From Bacteroidota bacterium (GTDB lineage: Bacteria > Bacteroidota > Bacteroidia > Chitinophagales > UBA10324), in assembly GCA_014190575.1 (NCBI GenBank), contig BJGQ01000006.1, positions 1,681-65,680 of the forward strand: a stretch of 64,000 nucleotides of DNA, written 5' to 3'. How positions within the stretch are numbered: the first letter of the stretch is position 1; each line of letters opens with the position of its first letter. The translations under genes and the position numbers were made by a program. Below the pieces are notes generated by a model. That model made no database searches. It had not been told where the DNA came from and saw only the letters and a list, made by a program, of their open reading frames with translations. Shown here piece by piece: positions 60,746-64,000 of the stretch.

Positions 60746-61993
60746 ATGCAGTGGCTTCTCGTGTTTTTTTATTCCGCTATTATTTGCTGGGGCATCAGCA
60801 GAATGAAATTCTTTAAAGATTCGGGAGTAAAAATTCATTGGTGGATTGCCATCTTTCTGGTCAAAGTTTTAGTAGGAATTTTATATGGCTACATACATAG
60901 TTTTAGTTATGGCGGCGGCGATACTTATTATGGATTTAAACAAGGGGTCAGAATTTATCATGCAATTTATAATAATGGATTATCGGTTTATTTGAAATTA
61001 GTTTTTCTCCCATGTCATTATCCAGCCTACGAAGGACTTGAGAGATGGGCGCACAATTCAATACCGTATGGCGACGAAAGTTATTATTTGATTATACGCT
61101 TTCATGCATTGGTCGCTTTGATTTCCGGTGGATATTATAATGTGCATGTCGTGTTTTTTAATATTCTTTCAATTACGGGAGTTGCCTTGCTTTATTCAGC
61201 TTTTAAGGATGAACTAAAAGAAAAAAAATTCCTGATTTTAGCCTCATTATTATTAATTCCTTCAGTAGTATTCTGGACTTCAGGTATTCATAAAGATGGT
61301 TTGTCGTTGCTCGGAATAGGGATGATTTTTTATTCAATCAAAAAAAGAATTAAATATTCCGGGGAAAATATCATTGCAGGCATTTTGGGAATCTTACTAC
61401 TTTATATTGTTCGTTCGTATATTTTGTTAATCCTTTTTCCATTAGTGTTCGTGTATATAATTTTCGAAAAGAAAAAGAATAAATTAATCGTGTTTTATGG
61501 GTCAACTTTTATTGCCTTCATTTTATTCATACTTCTTGTAAGTTCATTAACAACAACCGTTTCGCCATTTAGTAAATTAATCTGGTGGCAATCAGCATTC
61601 AAAGCAATACCTGCAACTGAGAACACTATTTCGCTTCCTTCACTTCAACCAAAAGCAGTTTCATTTTTTGAAATTATTCCAGTATCAATTAATCATTCCT
61701 TCCTTCAACCACTGCCTTGGAAAGCAATTAATTTTTATCAATTTGTAATAAGCATGCAGGAAATGATTTTATTCTTCTTGTTGGTTTTATTGATTTTTTA
61801 TTCAATCATAAAAAGGCAAGTTTTTTCACACTTGTTTTATTTATCTCTTGGCTACACCATTTCACTGTATGTTTTATTGGGAATTATTGTTCCGAATCTC
61901 GGAGCCTTATCGCGCTACAAAAGCACCGGCACTTTCTTTCTTGCCCTTGCAATAATCTGTCTCCTTCCGTATGAGAAATTTAAAAATATTTAA
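60746..61993 (+). CDS. Polytopic membrane protein, GT-C/Wzy-like
   Basis: Many TM helices; GGGDT loop, PS..FWTSG.HKD, NLGAL.RYK. Confidence 0.55.
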   Translation: MQWLLVFFYSAIICWGISRMKFFKDSGVKIHWWIAIFLVKVLVGILYGYIHSFSYGGGDTYYGFKQGVRIYHAIYNNGLSVYLKLVFLPCHYPAYEGLERWAHNSIPYGDESYYLIIRFHALVALISGGYYNVHVVFFNILSITGVALLYSAFKDELKEKKFLILASLLLIPSVVFWTSGIHKDGLSLLGIGMIFYSIKKRIKYSGENIIAGILGILLLYIVRSYILLILFPLVFVYIIFEKKKNKLIVFYGSTFIAFILFILLVSSLTTTVSPFSKLIWWQSAFKAIPATENTISLPSLQPKAVSFFEIIPVSINHSFLQPLPWKAINFYQFVISMQEMILFFLLVLLIFYSIIKRQVFSHLFYLSLGYTISLYVLLGIIVPNLGALSRYKSTGTFFLALAIICLLPYEKFKNI

Positions 61994-62150
61994 AATATAA
62001 TTATTTAAACTATATGTTTAAACTATTTAGCTTAAGTTAATAAAACTAATATTTGGTTAATAAAATTGATAAAATATTTATAAAATTGCCAAAATTGTAT
62101 AAAAAACTATAAAATAGTTGTAAAATATTTCGATTTATAGAAATGGATAT

Positions 62151-62158
62151 TATTTTTG
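62151..62158 (+). promoter_or_regulatory. -7 box for glutamine synthetase III
   Basis: TATTTTTG, 21 nt before ATG 62180, with an A-rich leader. Confidence 0.65.
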
Positions 62159-62179
62159 TCACATCAAAAAACAACTTCC

Positions 62180-64000
62180 ATGTCCAACACACGCTTTCAG
62201 GCTTTAAGTAAGGTTGCAGATAATCATGTAACCGAAATTGAATCTCCGGGGAACAAAATTTCTGACTTTTATGCAATCAATGTTTTTACTGAAGACATTA
62301 TGAAGAGCTATTTGCCAAAAGATGCGTTTGACATTGTGATGTTGGCTATAAAATCGGGAAACAAGATTGACCGTACAACAGCCGAACAGGTTGCCACCGG
62401 AATGAAATCGTGGGCAATGAGTCGTGGTGTAACTCACTACACACACTGGTTTCAACCATTAACCGGCGCAACTGCCGAAAAGCACGATGCTTTTTTTCAG
62501 CAAACAGCAACCGGGAAAGGAATGGAAATTTTTGATGGCAATGCTCTAGTTCAGCAAGAGCCCGATGCTTCAAGTTTTCCAAGTGGAGGTTTGCGCGTAA
62601 CTTTTGAGGCAAGAGGATATTCTGCATGGGACCCAAGCAGTCCGGCATTTATTATGGATGCAGGCAACAGTAAAACACTTTGTATTCCTACAATATTTGT
62701 TTCGTACAATGGCGAGGCGCTTGATTACAAAGCTCCGTTATTAAAATCGTTACAAGCATTAGAAACTGCTGCTGTTGAAGTTTGTCATTATTTTGATAAA
62801 AATATTACGAGAGTAACCCCAACTCTTGGATGGGAGCAGGAATATTTTTTAGTAGATGAAGCATTGTATGAAGCCCGTCCTGATTTAGTTGCTTCGGGCA
62901 GAACATTATTCGGTCACAGTTCAGCAAAAGGTCAGCAATTGGAAGATCATTATTTTGGTTCCATACCTGAGCGTGTTCAGGCTTACATGGTTGATTATGA
63001 AAATGAATGTTACAAACTCGGTATTCCATTAAAGACCCGTCACAATGAAGTAGCTCCTTCGCAATTTGAATGTGCTCCGTTTTATGAAGAAGTAAATATT
63101 GCCATTGACCACAATCAATTGCTAATGGATTTGATGGATAGAGTTGCACGCCGTCATAAGTTGCGAGTGCTGTTACATGAAAAACCTTTTGCCGGAGTGA
63201 ACGGTTCAGGCAAGCACAACAACTGGAGCATGGCTACCGATACCGGAAAGAATTTATTAAGTCCCGGTCGCACGCCGAAAACCAATTTCATGTTCCTCAC
63301 TTTTTTTGTCAATACAATTAAGGCGGTTGAAGAACATGCTGATTTATTAAGAGCTGCAATTGCAAGTGCCGCAAATGATTTTAGGTTGGGAGCTAATGAA
63401 GCACCACCTGCAATCATCAGTGTTTTTATTGGAAGTTATTTAACCGAGGTGTTAAATGAAGTAGAGAAAAGAGTGAAGAAAGGAAACCTGGATGAAGCTG
63501 ATCATCAGTTATTGAAATTAGATATTCATAATAAGATTCCTGATTTGATGTTGGACAATACTGACCGCAACCGCACTTCGCCATTTGCATTTACCGGAAA
63601 TAAATTTGAAGTGCGTGCAGTTGGCTCATCAGCCAATTGCAGTTCAACCATGACTGTGTTAAACACAATTGTTGCTGATCAATTAAAGAAATTTAAGATT
63701 GAAGTTGATGGATTAATGAAGGGTGGCGAAACAAAAGATTCAGCTATATTGAAAGTGTTACAACAATATATTACCAGCAGCAAGCGAATTTGTTTTGAAG
63801 GAAATAATTACAGTGATGAGTGGGAGAAGGAAGCAAAAAAGCGCGGACTCAATAATGTGAAAACAACACCCTATGCATTGGATTTTTATGTAACCGAAAA
63901 GGCCATGAAAGTGTTTACGGAAAACGGAGTATTCAGTCACAAAGAAATTGAGGCACGCCATGAAATTGAATTAGAGAAATACATGAAGATGGTGCAGATA
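62180..64000 (+). CDS. glnA: Glutamine synthetase type III; runs off the window end and is absent from the ORF track
   Basis: Manual translation: MSNTRFQAL...THYTHWFQPLTGATAEKHD...EPDASSFPSGG..TFEARGY...HNEVAPSQFE...HEKPFAGVNGSGKHNNWS...RLGANEAPPAI...DRNRTSPFAFTGNKFE. Confidence 0.96.
   Translation, partial: MSNTRFQALSKVADNHVTEIESPGNKISDFYAINVFTEDIMKSYLPKDAFDIVMLAIKSGNKIDRTTAEQVATGMKSWAMSRGVTHYTHWFQPLTGATAEKHDAFFQQTATGKGMEIFDGNALVQQEPDASSFPSGGLRVTFEARGYSAWDPSSPAFIMDAGNSKTLCIPTIFVSYNGEALDYKAPLLKSLQALETAAVEVCHYFDKNITRVTPTLGWEQEYFLVDEALYEARPDLVASGRTLFGHSSAKGQQLEDHYFGSIPERVQAYMVDYENECYKLGIPLKTRHNEVAPSQFECAPFYEEVNIAIDHNQLLMDLMDRVARRHKLRVLLHEKPFAGVNGSGKHNNWSMATDTGKNLLSPGRTPKTNFMFLTFFVNTIKAVEEHADLLRAAIASAANDFRLGANEAPPAIISVFIGSYLTEVLNEVEKRVKKGNLDEADHQLLKLDIHNKIPDLMLDNTDRNRTSPFAFTGNKFEVRAVGSSANCSSTMTVLNTIVADQLKKFKIEVDGLMKGGETKDSAILKVLQQYITSSKRICFEGNNYSDEWEKEAKKRGLNNVKTTPYALDFYVTEKAMKVFTENGVFSHKEIEARHEIELEKYMKMVQI

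Noticed and set aside
1618-63961. Many 60-150 aa ORFs overlapping larger genes (e.g. 6224-6592, 16088-16525, 25361-25804, 51286-51669, 54379-54759)
   Set aside because: Antisense or off-frame shadows of well-supported genes, with no recognisable motifs
62046-63961. Apparent gene-poor region with short minus-strand ORFs at the right end
   Set aside because: It is the plus-strand glutamine synthetase III gene, missed by the track because its stop lies beyond the window
1-64000. CRISPR array, IS elements, rRNA, retron or reverse transcriptase
   Set aside because: No regularly spaced repeats and no transposase, RT or cas motifs were seen in any frame provided or in the intergenic DNA I read

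Overview
AT-rich core-chromosome window from a Bacteroidota bacterium. The assignment rests on T9SS C-terminal sorting domains, porX, fused lpxC-fabZ, TAnnTTTG promoters and signal peptides cleaved before Gln. It holds about 52 CDS plus tRNA-Asn(GTT). Housekeeping and envelope genes include gpsA, panC/panD, glmS, tdk, waaA, gcvP, def, ruvX, lpxD/lpxC-fabZ/lpxA, and a type III glutamine synthetase that runs off the right end and is missing from the ORF track. There are also seven T9SS cargo genes, a multi-PAS hybrid kinase, a TonB-dependent receptor, a TolC/adaptor pair and a small glycan-modification cluster. I found no integrase, transposase, prophage, CRISPR array or recognisable defence system, and I cannot claim a clearly new system. 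The best leads are: (1) three tandem T9SS-secreted proteins carrying Cys pairs, possibly an extracellular thiol-redox module; (2) a recurring promoter box only 4-7 nt before start codons, suggesting leaderless or near-leaderless mRNAs; (3) several apparent pseudo-enzymes (PPK1 lacking the ARFDE arginine, PolX lacking catalytic aspartates, a J-domain with HPE, a half glycogen synthase). All family calls come from motif recognition by eye, not from database searches.
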